This document shows positions 41,001-50,700 of a stretch of 64,000 nt of DNA, piece after piece. Below the pieces are notes generated by a model, which ran no database searches, was not told the DNA's origin, and was given only the letters and a program-made list of their open reading frames with translations. The first letter of the stretch is position 1, and each line of letters starts with the position of its first letter. Source of the stretch: Nemertoderma westbladi (taxonomy: Eukaryota > Animalia > Xenacoelomorpha). The stretch spans positions 31,720 to 95,719 of the forward strand of contig JAUCBJ010004629.1 in NCBI GenBank assembly GCA_032718475.1. The letters are read 5' to 3'. The position numbers and the translations under genes were made by a program.

Positions 41001-41147
41001 TATAAATTATAATTAGCTTGACCTGACTTACATTGGCTGAATAACATAGCACATTATGAAGCACGTAGTTGCAAACACTACATAACGGTATGATTTCAAA
41101 TTGAGGTGGAAATAATGAGGAAATACGTAGTTGCCACAAATTAGCAT
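16558..41147 (-). CDS. GABRB: GABA-A receptor beta/LCCH3-like subunit gene (Cys-loop ligand-gated ion channel), 9 coding exons, 536 aa
   Basis: complement(join(16558..17019,17155..17402,21270..21444,22101..22213,22802..22955,26791..26937,28905..28978,40115..40236,41032..41147)) = 1611 nt. All introns are GT-AG with compatible phases. Beta-type motifs: [62 protein letters not shown]. Confidence 0.9.
17155..17402 (-). CDS. GABA-A beta-like exon 8 (M2, M3)
   Basis: Encodes [39 protein letters not shown]. Donor gtgagt. Confidence 0.95.
17640..17780. repeat. Interspersed repeat (SINE-like); about 56 bp are identical to 21650-21706
   Basis: gccaaggaatacctgttcaccaccatgggtgatcttccacagtaaacccttccact occurs twice. 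Confidence 0.6.
18137..19700. mobile_element. Non-autonomous piggyBac-like DNA transposon with internal ~160-bp subrepeats
   Basis: TTAA on both flanks (18133-18136, 19701-19704). Termini CCCTATTA..TAATAGGG. Five aaaatttggtgctagcacca..aaaatacaagtttg units. Confidence 0.8.
19710..20016. repeat. Long imperfect inverted repeat (foldback/MITE-like)
   Basis: gggcatggcacttcaaattttgaaaa pairs with ttttgaaaatttgaggtgccacgccc, and the inner arms also pair. Confidence 0.65.
20510..21005 (+). mobile_element. RTE-group LINE 3' fragment
   Basis: Homologous to 44915-45430. Confidence 0.8.
21270..21444 (-). CDS. GABA-A beta-like exon 7 (loop C, M1)
   Basis: Encodes [58 protein letters not shown](G). Confidence 0.95.
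22101..22213 (-). CDS. GABA-A beta-like exon 6
   Basis: Encodes (Y)[37 protein letters not shown]. Confidence 0.88.
22802..22955 (-). CDS. GABA-A beta-like exon 5 (loop E, Cys-loop)
   Basis: Encodes [51 protein letters not shown]. Missed by the ORF track. Confidence 0.93.
23330..25541 (+). mobile_element. Kolobok-like non-autonomous DNA transposon with THAP remnant; inverted second copy at about 25631-26310
   Basis: TIR gggaaatgagtaggttacag / ctgtaacctgctcattt. Related ends at 29720 and 31455 abut TTAA. Frameshifted YCGVPKC..VSVP..RRKLW..YFC at 25204-25361. 23440-23860 is inverted relative to 25850-26310. Confidence 0.5.
24137..25092. mobile_element. Mutator-like (MULE) non-autonomous element
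   Basis: Perfect 30-bp TIR ggcactactacagtatgtgtacccatgacc, extending imperfectly inward. 9-bp TSD ccactaaaa at 24128-24136 and 25093-25101. Confidence 0.85.
26791..26937 (-). CDS. GABA-A beta-like exon 4 (loops D, A)
   Basis: Encodes [32 protein letters not shown]. Confidence 0.95.
28905..28978 (-). CDS. GABA-A beta-like exon 3
   Basis: Encodes (D)[24 protein letters not shown]. Splice sites tttttcag / gtacgt. Confidence 0.92.
30567..30680 (+). mobile_element. tRNA-derived SINE (5' part)
   Basis: A-box tagctgaatgg, anticodon-like stem-loop and degenerate B-box gtttgatcc, followed by a non-tRNA body shared with other copies. Confidence 0.7.
31295..31600. repeat. Palindromic MITE-like array of CTTCGCCC / GGGCGAAG motifs
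   Basis: About 6 motifs at ~20-bp spacing on each side, in inverted orientation. Confidence 0.7.
33298..33845 (-). mobile_element. Internally deleted, truncated inverted copy of the piggyBac-like element at 18137-19700
   Basis: ttaa-ccctattaaaccc end, then the reverse complement of about 18245-18710. Confidence 0.8.
34215..34320 (-). mobile_element. tRNA-derived SINE, same family as 30567-30680
   Basis: Minus-strand B-box gttcgaaccc and shared body gtcattgccgacttt..gctgtgcccaacaaaagttataat. Confidence 0.7.
35990..36295 (+). mobile_element. RTE-group LINE 3' fragment
   Basis: Encodes [24 protein letters not shown]. Confidence 0.8.
36885..37230 (+). mobile_element. RTE-group LINE RT fragment
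   Basis: Encodes [20 protein letters not shown]. Confidence 0.8.
37858..38303. repeat. 22-bp minisatellite (cacagtttataacctatgttag) x20
   Basis: Head-to-tail units without spacers. Single-base variants in units 3, 6, 11, 17 and 19. Confidence 0.97.
40115..40236 (-). CDS. GABA-A beta-like exon 2
   Basis: Encodes [40 protein letters not shown]. Phases 2/1 fit the neighbouring exons. Confidence 0.88.
40384..40637 (-). mobile_element. SINE insertion with 14-bp target-site duplication
   Basis: TSD aatgaacacacaag at 40370-40383 and 40638-40651. Minus-strand B-box ggttcgagccc and a (CTTTA)n-like tail. Confidence 0.75.
41032..41147 (-). CDS. GABA-A beta-like exon 1 (start, signal-peptide-like)
   Basis: Encodes [38 protein letters not shown]. 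Donor gtaagt in phase 2, matching exon 2. Confidence 0.65.
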
Positions 41148-41685
41148 TATAAAAATATCAGTTTTACAGGAGGTGTGAGAAATGAACAAACTTCAAAATA
41201 AATGAAAACCTAGCAAAGAAAGAAGTGATACTTAACATCAGATGAACAACTGAGAAAGAAAGATAGTGTGTTTGCATTGAGATAGCGAGTAGCGAGATAG
41301 CCTGATCCACGCCTCTCCATAAAACCAACGACCCACATGGCTGAATGTTGCTGCCCAGTCACAAATCTCTGCTCTGAGAAATCAAACTGACAGGCGCTGC
41401 ACTACTGGTTCCTGGCGAAATTTCTGGCATTCTTTCCCTCACCAACAACAGTGCGCCTCTGCCAGTCAGGACTGAGGCTAGTAAACCAAGATTAAACTTG
41501 ATCCTGGCAAGCCTACTCTTGAATTCATTGAAACCCCATTACCATACTCCTCTCCTGTAGCTTCGTAAAAAAATAATAAAAACTATTTTATGTTTATAAG
41601 ATTCAGTTCTTTATCCCAGTAACTTACCATGAATTTGTGTTGTGTTTTATGATCAATATACCTTTATAAAGGACGAATTTTAAAC
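41148..41685. promoter_or_regulatory. Putative bidirectional promoter / 5' UTRs between divergent GABA-A subunit genes
   Basis: 538 bp between two divergent ATGs, no recognisable TE, core relatively GC-richer. TSSs are not determined. Confidence 0.55.
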
Positions 41686-41753
41686 ATGAAGTGGTTTTTA
41701 GTGTTGTCAAGCATTTTGTTGATAATAATGTATGCTGGGACAGTGTATGGTCG
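41686..41753 (+). CDS. GABA-A alpha-like exon 1 (signal peptide)
   Basis: Encodes MKWFLVLSSILLIIMYAGTVYG. Donor gtaagt. Confidence 0.8.
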
Positions 41754-44700
41754 GTAAGTTAACTATTTGTTAATGTTTTTATCATATATTACTAAGCAAT
41801 AGCTAGTTATAAACTTCTATGCAATAATTTCCCAGTATTCTTAAATTTCCAGCTGTATTTTTTGTTAAATTTATATAGCTTGAACTTGAAATATAATACA
41901 GTTATTTAAATCTATATATGAGACGTGGACTCAGTACATTTGTTTCATTTTGGTTCGCATTTGTTAAATTATTTGGAAAAGTGGAAAAAAACATTTTTAA
42001 TAATATTAATAATAATATTTTAAAGCGTGGGGTCTTGTCTGGAACATTAAGTATTTAAAAAAAAGAGTATGCGTCTTGTATACATACATCTTTACTACAT
42101 ATAGTTCAAATATTTCATTATTGCTTCGCTTCTTAGTCGCGATTTGTACAGATTACGCCATTTTAGTTAGTATAACTACCACTGCATCAGTATTGATGAA
42201 ATATTAGTTAGGTTATAAAACAAATTGCTGTTTCCCTGTCAGATGGATAGGTGGAATTTGTGACAACACCCAAAAACGGTAAAATCTGGTCACATACAAT
42301 GTGAATAACATTAGATCGCAGTCCTATAAATAATTCAGTCAAGTTTCAGCTCTGCATATCGCCGACAAGTCGCTGGAAAACCGTTAAACGTCTGGGGACA
42401 ACACTCTAAATATCCGGACAACACTCAAAATAATGAATTCTGTATTCTGAAATACTGTTCACCAGTTAGGGCTGCAGTGTTGTATGTAGTTTATGAAGTT
42501 CTTTCAACCGTTGTCCATCCTACCGTTGGTCGATCTGTCGCCGAATGTTTGAAGGTGAATAAACAATTTTCCGTTGAATAAATTATAGGCAAAGGTTGAA
42601 ATAGTAATACCCATTCAGCCGTAACGGTACGGTAAAATTGCGAACCAGTGAGTTCCTTTCAGTAGAAAAATTCCTGACTGGCGTCTGGCCTAGCATATTA
42701 AAGTATTAGTCACCTGTAGTTCACCGAAGTGCTAGTTCTACCTAGTTCTGTAAGAATTTAAATAGTATTGGTCTACTTATGAATTATGATGCGCTAATGA
42801 ATACTGGTATCAAAGAATGTCGAGGTGCAATGAGAATATCTCTGCACTTCTTCCCGATAGTGTCCTATGCAATGGTTGAAAGAACTGCATACTGTACAAT
42901 ACCTAAAAACTGTAGGCCTAACTGGTGAACAGTATTGCTGTATTACATAATACTGAATTCATGTTGTGCAGACATATGTGTATTGCCCCCAGACGTTTGA
43001 CTGTTTTCCACGACTTGCCAGTGATATGTGGAGCCGAAACATGGCAGAGTTACTTTTAGGACTGTGATCTACTGTTATTTACATTGTTTGTGGTCATTAC
43101 TAATAATGGTCAACAATTTTTTTTCACTGTGGCTGAGTGTTGTCACCGTATGCACCGAATGCAGACTGGACAGACTGATTAGGTTCTAATTAAGGACATG
43201 GAGAGCGGTTGGCGACTCGCCCTCGCATCAGCAGATGATAGTGGCAATGGTGGAATTGGTCTATTGATGAATCCAACTGCACTGGCAGCATTGGACCAAA
43301 TCTTAACCACATCATCCGTTGCCACTTATCATGTTCTGGAAGACTGGCTAAGAAGTTTCCTAAGGTGGTTCTGATTGTGTGCTACTCTCCAACTAGTGTT
43401 GCCCCTGTAGATGAGCTGGAAAATTTCTACCACAATCTACAAGCAGCTACTGATGGAGTGGATCAGCATGCATTCTTAACATTCCTGGGAGACTTTAATG
43501 CAAGTCTGCATCAATCACCTACATCGCCCTGGGTCTATAGCAATAGTGTTAACCGAAATTCCGTCCATCTTCAGGATTTTATCTCTGGAAATGGATTGTT
43601 TTCGGCTGGAATCCAGTTCAAGAAGCGAACTGGGAAGCTATGGACTCATAGTGGACAACTCCCAGATAGACCATATTCTGTTTCGTAGGAAATACAGGAG
43701 CTCTATACAAGACTGTAATGCATTTACACTTCGACCCTTCTCCAGTGATCACCGCCTTATTGTGGCCAAGGTAAGACTTAGTCTGTGTGCTAGCAGAACA
43801 ACAAAATCTGCCTTGCCGCGGCATGACTGGTCCTCTCTGTTGCAACAGCCAAGTGTGAGATCCAGCTTCACACTACAGCTGAGCAACAGGTATGAGGTTT
43901 TATAGAAGCAAAAGTGTCTGAGTCTGTACTCCCAGATATTTCCATTGGCGATATCTCCTTTGCAGAAGTGAAGGCTGCTGCAAAGAACATTAAGACCAAT
44001 CGTGCCAGTGGAGTAGATGGTGTTCCCCCTGAGGTCTTTAAAATATCTGAGTGTTTAAAGCTCATCTATCCCATCATAGTAGACATGTATCGAACAACAA
44101 GAGTCCCACAAGAAATGAAAACAAATAAGTTTGGTGCCAGTTCTCAAGAAGGGCAACCTAACACTCTATGGTTCTTTTCAGGGAATCTCATTGATCTCGA
44201 TTGCTGCAAAGCTATACAATAAATATAATTATATTAAATCGCATCAGGGATCCCATTGAGAGACTGGTAAAGGTTCGTGGGAACATGGAGCCCCTTTTGG
44301 CACTTAGAAGGATAATTGAAGAGTTATCAAGAAAGAAAGATAGGCATCTGGCTGTTTTCTTTGTTGACTTCTTCAAGGCCTTTGATTCAGTCTCTCGCTC
44401 ACCTATGTTCAGCATACTTTCATTATATTGGATTCCTGATGAAATTATTGCAGCAATAAGATCAGTATACGATGGTTCAACAACGTTGACGTTGACGGTG
44501 ACACAGAACCATTTGAAGTGTTATGGGGCGTCCTCCAGGAAGACACACTTGCACCATTCTTGTTCATAATTGTGGTTGACTATGTTCTACGCATGTCCTT
44601 AGATCATCATAATGATGATGGGCTGATGATAACTCCACCTACTGGCTCCAGAAGTCGAGGAAATCCTGCCAAGTACCTAACTGATCTAGACTTTGCTGAT

Positions 44701-47700
44701 GACTTAGGAGTACTCTCAGAATCACTAGAGGGAGCCCAACGGCTCCTCAGCTCATTAGAACATGCTGCTTCTAGTGTTGGTCTTTTTATTAACTCCAGAA
44801 AGACCAAAACTTTGACAGTTAACTTTGAAAGTTCTCAGCAAGTCTCTGATCGGGTGAGCATAAGCTCAAAGGATGGTATGCTTGAGCATGTGGACCACTT
44901 CTGTTACCTGGGATCATGGATCCGGAAGTCAGGTGAGGGCTAATACGTAAGGGAAAGGCATGGGCAGCCTTGAATAGGCTTTCCAGGATTTGGAAGTCAC
45001 CGAGATTTAATCGGAAACTTAAGGTCCGATTATTTAGAGCAGCAGTAGTTCCAGTACTCCTCTATGGGAGTCCATGCTGGGCTCTAACTGCTGAGGACAC
45101 CAAATCTCTGGATGGCACATTTACAAGAATGCTACGCCGGGTTCATTGTGTTAAGTACAATGCACACATCTCCAACAAGACACTATATAACATTTGAGGT
45201 GTCTCATTGGTTCCCCCAAGCTTGACACTAGAACAAAATAGAATCCGCTTTGCAGGACATTGCTTTCGCCGTGAGTACCAGCCAGTGCATAATCTTGTAC
45301 TTTGGCAGCCTCATGGAGGGGGTAATAAGCATGGTGGACAGCCCATGACATTCTTGAGACGCATCTTAAAGACACTGGCCTTGAAGATGCGGATGATCTA
45401 GCAAATGTCATGGGTGATAGGGAGTTGTGGCGGCGCAATTTTGTCGACAAGCCGGCACAGCATTCTTAAAAATGCAGCTGCAATGCAGCATGCAGATCCT
45501 AGTAGTAGTAGTAGTAGTTGTCACCGTGTTTAGGTGTTGTCACAAAATCCACCTATCCCTGTCAGAGGTTCAAAAACAATGTATGTTCGCCTTTCTGCTC
45601 AACCATGACAATTTTTTTTTAAGTTGACATAAGTAGAGATAATTTAGAAGTTAATTATGTTTACTGTAAATGTGTATCAATAATTCGTATATTCGGTTAT
45701 TGTTGTATTTATTAAGGTAATTAAAATTAATTAGTTCACTGTAACCCACAATTGACATTTTCATAATTGTTTGTATCTTTCAGATTTGTCCCAATACAAT
45801 TTGAAGAAGAGTTTGATGATGCTTTTAACGACACAGATACCCCCAAAAAAATAGGCCAACAGAAGTATATGAGAAGCATTACAACCTATACGTAAGTATA
45901 AATACTATACTATGCTACTATACTATACAATACAATACTATACTATACTATACTATACTATACTATACTATACTATACTATACTATACTATACTATACTA
46001 TACTATACTATACTATACTATAACTATACTATACTATACTATACTATACTAATAATATTAAGTATAAGTAATATAATAATAAATAATTATAATATTACTT
46101 ATACTTATTATTATTATACTTATACTATACTATACTATACTAATTTATAGGAAATTTCCGGAAATTAATGGGGGTATACCCCCCATGAACCTTTTTTTTT
46201 TTAAATGGCTGTCAATTAGTTAAATGATACTATTGATATTTTGTCATTGTCAACCACTGTATGGAAGGCCAAATAGCCTTTATAGTTAAATTTGAAAATT
46301 TATCTCCCCCTGGCGGCGGAATTAAAGATTTCACTAAAATTGCTAGTAGTCCCTCAATTTTGGTCCAAATTTCCTGAAACCAACTCTTTTTGGACTCAGC
46401 GTCATTGACTCTACAAAAGATATATTATAGCATTCTTAATTACCCTTTTTTATTTTAATTAATTAATTATCCTATTTTTAATTAAAATTGGCTAATTTGA
46501 AAAAATGGTAATATTTATCAAAATTCCATAAGATAACTTTTAAAGAGCTTCCAAAGCTCGTTCGAATGAGCCAAAAACGAAGAAAATTGGTTGAAAAATG
46601 ACGGAGGAGTAGTAATTTGAAAATGAAAAATGTCATTCCGAAAAAAAGCCCTTCAAAGTTTAAACCGTCCCGCCAAAATTGGCTGTCTGTGTTCTGGTTG
46701 GTTAATTATTTCTGGCTCGAAGGATGCACACCAACGAGCTAAACAGTTCACTACGTGGGTTTTCAGATTTGTATTCCTCATTAACCTCATTTACCTGAAG
46801 TGGGGGATGGGGGGGGGGGGGGTTCCCCTCCCCCCCCCCCCCCCCCCCCCACATTTCCTGTCTCACATCCGTACTAATATATTTACATCTATATTCATGT
46901 TTTTTTTAAAGATAGGCCAATTTGCAATAATTAGATTGAAAAGTTAGGGTAATGAAACGAGAGAAAAATGTGTCTTTGAGTATTGTATAGTTTGTGAAAA
47001 GTGCTCGGCGCCGTACGTGCAAACCCCATACAGTTGAGCCCAGGCCTAGGCCACCCACCACTCTAAATCCGGCCCTGGGGGGCGGTTGATGTTTTTTGCT
47101 ATGGAGATTATTATCATAATGTACTATAACATATATTTAATTCGCCGTCACCCACCCCACAACTATTCATTTATCATAATGTACTATAACATATATTTAA
47201 TTCGCCGTCACCCACCCCACAACAATTCATTTATAAGTACTGAAATATCACCGGATAAACTTTCATTTAAAGCTTTCATTCTTTAGCTAAATAATGAAAG
47301 CGAAAAATAAAATGTGTAGGGTAGTTGTGGGATTTGGCACGAAGAAATGATATTTTCCTTTTGACAGTTCACACAGGCTGTAATATAACTTTTTTCAAGA
47401 ACTAGAGCGAAATACAAAAAAATGACTAAAAATTTAAAATTATTTTAAAGTTTAAACTATTCGAACAAATTGTCTGTTCTTTTGAATGTCAGTTAATAAT
47501 GTACGGCAAAAATGACCGCTGCTACCTAGCTAAAAATTTTGTTCTTGGGTTTTTCTGGTCACAGTGATTTCATTTCCAAAGTCACTTTTTGTGTTTTGCG
47601 AAATATAAGATGTATGTAAATAAACATTATCTGTCAGTTGCACATCCTATTTTAAAAGGATGCTAGTTTGGGATTTATCCTGCCACCTTCCCGCTCCATC

Positions 47701-50700
47701 ATACAATATAATGATAGTTCATTGGTGGTCAACCCATAGCTCAGACTGAATCATATGGACTTCACATGAACTTGGGTGGAGAATGCGAGCAGAAATAAAA
47801 GAGAAATAACGTCAGCACATTGGCAGTTCAACTGGAATATATGTAATCATTAAATAACTGAAATTTATAGAAAGGTTAAACAAATAGGATAATGCGGAGA
47901 AATAATGGTTACAGAATACCTGAATGGCCCAACCAAATTAACAGAATGATAACGATAACAAAACGAGATGATAATTTACCTTTAAGTTTTTAACATCTGC
48001 GACTCGGCCTGCATGGAAACAGGCAATTTCTATAATATGCGATGAATAATTTTTTATTATTGAGTTTTAACTTAAATGTAACCTGGGATATCAATTAGAG
48101 CAACATATTGCATGTCGCAGATGGGGGTGACCGGGAATGCTCTTTGGGTTGTTGGAATAAATGCACAAACGAAAATCTATTGCTCATCCATAAATCTAAA
48201 TCTTAATAATGGAAATAATGCGACAGAACCAATGTAAATCGTATTCATAAAATGTATCGCTTCCCCTGCAATATGAATTATTCAAGATACAGTAAGAAAC
48301 CATTATAAAGTACACTCTTGCTATTGATAATATTCCATGCCAACAAACTCGAGGTTTCCAATTAAATTACGGAAATTATTGGAGATTATTTTGCGGAGTA
48401 TCAATTCAAAGGCAATTATTTAATCTTAACTAGGTGTTACGGTAGCGAAAGAAAGCTACTAAGGAATTTTAAGCAATAAAGGAAAGCGGTCAGTGGCAGG
48501 GAAGCCAATACAAAGTTGGGAACCCAAGAAAGAAATAATCGGTTTGGTCGGTTCCAAACCTATTACACAAGCAGGGGGAAGTAGCCGCGTTAACTCACAC
48601 AGGAGACTTATATTGTGCAATAATGTAGGTAGGAATATATGACACACCCTGTAGTTATAGAAAGGGCCACATTGACAGCTGTACACAAATCAGCTGATGC
48701 AACGATGGTCCAATCACAGCCTAGTATTATACAGGCAATAAACCAATATTGGTTGTGGGTATATAACACATTATTACATCACTTATTACATACTATCACG
48801 ATTACATCAGATAGGATAGCAAACTAATTTGTACCTTACCAGTCAGTATAGTGTAACATTTAATAGTACAGTCAGTATCAAACATCAGCAATATTCAATC
48901 TATGATAACTCATTATTCAACGATCAATATACATACAATAATCTATAGAAATATTAAAACTCTTTCGAACTGTTTGAATGATTTCGATAAGTCTGTCCCA
49001 AGTACGATAGTCACGCAATCCTACGCTTAGGGTGCGTGCAGTGCGCAGATGCACAACTCCGCTACCTTAACAGTAGAAATTAGTGCTGGTACAGATGGCA
49101 GCGAGAGCGGAAAGAAAATGAAGTAGAAACTCAAAGTTTGGTAGGTACTAATGTCGGTACAACAGTATAGGCCTACAATTAGTAGTGGTCAGGAAGGGAT
49201 GAGTGAGAGAAGGTCAAGTGGCGAGAAGGATGGGGACTAGATGGCTAACATTGAGCCTATGGAGGGACCATCGGAGGATGAGATCATAGTGGTCGGACCA
49301 GAGCCAACCACCGGGAAGTGAGATGATGGACAAGAACGTCAATAGGGGCCCAGCGATGGATGTTGGGAACCTGAGAGTAGAGATGGTCGGAGCAAGCGAG
49401 CCAGGACCCTTCGAGCAGTGGGGCGATAGCTGCTGGCACGCCACCAGGTAGAGCCACTGCCAGCGAACAGGGAGCAACCGGGTGAGGAGGTGTTGGAAAC
49501 CCGAACCTGTTTGTCACACCCGCCAGATAAGGACAACAGATGGGTCACTCCCAGTTGACAGCTACGGTCGACAGAATGGCCAGGAATTACAGGGCCATGA
49601 GGAGGCAACTAACTGATGCTAAGGATTCAGGTAGAGTCAACGCCAACATGATGAGCAGGATTACCGAGGTAACTATTTAGAACATTTAACTGAATTCGGT
49701 AACACTGAACTCTCTAATCATGAAGCATTTATTGTAACTAGACGATCTACATGGACTATTGTATAGTGGTATTTTAAATTTCGATATATTACAAGTAGGT
49801 ATAGTACAAGTACATTTTGAAGTGACCCGTGTGGGAGTGAGAGTAAATAAGATGGGAGCAAAATGGCTCCCAAGAGAACAGTAAGTAAGTAAAAAGTAAG
49901 GGTCAATGCCCTTTAAAGTTTTAAGGTGGGTGGCGGAAATTGACGTGATGAGCCAAGAGCGGGTGATAGAGCTGGAACAGTAGAGTTTAGATAGAGTAAC
50001 TAAGGAATTAGATAGAGTAGAAGAAGTGAGAATGGAGCGATATAAGAAGTTAGAAAGAATGAGAGTGGAACAAGAGGCGGAAGAAAAGGAAGACTAAGAG
50101 GGTGAATGGGTAAGAAGGGAAGCGGAACAGGAGGAGGAATAGGTGAGAATATTGGGGGAATGATTGGAAAGAGTGAGAAAGCGTGATGAGAGGGTGAGAG
50201 AGGTAAAAGAGAGATTAGATAGAATGGCAGTAGAGGAAGAAGAGAGTAGAAAGTGGAGGGACGAGATGAGCGAATGATCAGAAGTCGTGAGGTGGCGACG
50301 AGTCAATGGATGGATCGAGGAAGGGAACACTACTACTTGCATGCAGTAGCAGAGGGGCAACCCAATTATAGAGTCCCAGTGTATCAATGGGAGCAGGGTT
50401 GTGGAGAGGATTGGTGGATTCGGGCTGAAGTCGATTGACGGAGTGCTGATAGAACAGATTCCAAGGGAGTCGAGATGAGTGGATGAGTCACGCAGGATGC
50501 GAGGAGGTCGAGTCGACTGGCTGTTAGAACAAACAGTGCAGATGCCAATGACCGATGACGGTTCGTGAGCACACCTATAGGGAGTATAACTCATAAAAAT
50601 TATATTGAATGTAAAAACAGTACAGATCAAATAATAGGTATCAGAACAGTAGGCTATAGGCCAGAAGTTGGGGATAGTTGAGGTATGAGAGGCGAGGGCC

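Noticed and set aside
41390-41430. REST/NRSE element in the intergenic promoter
   Set aside because: Only a half-site resemblance, and the spacing does not fit the consensus.
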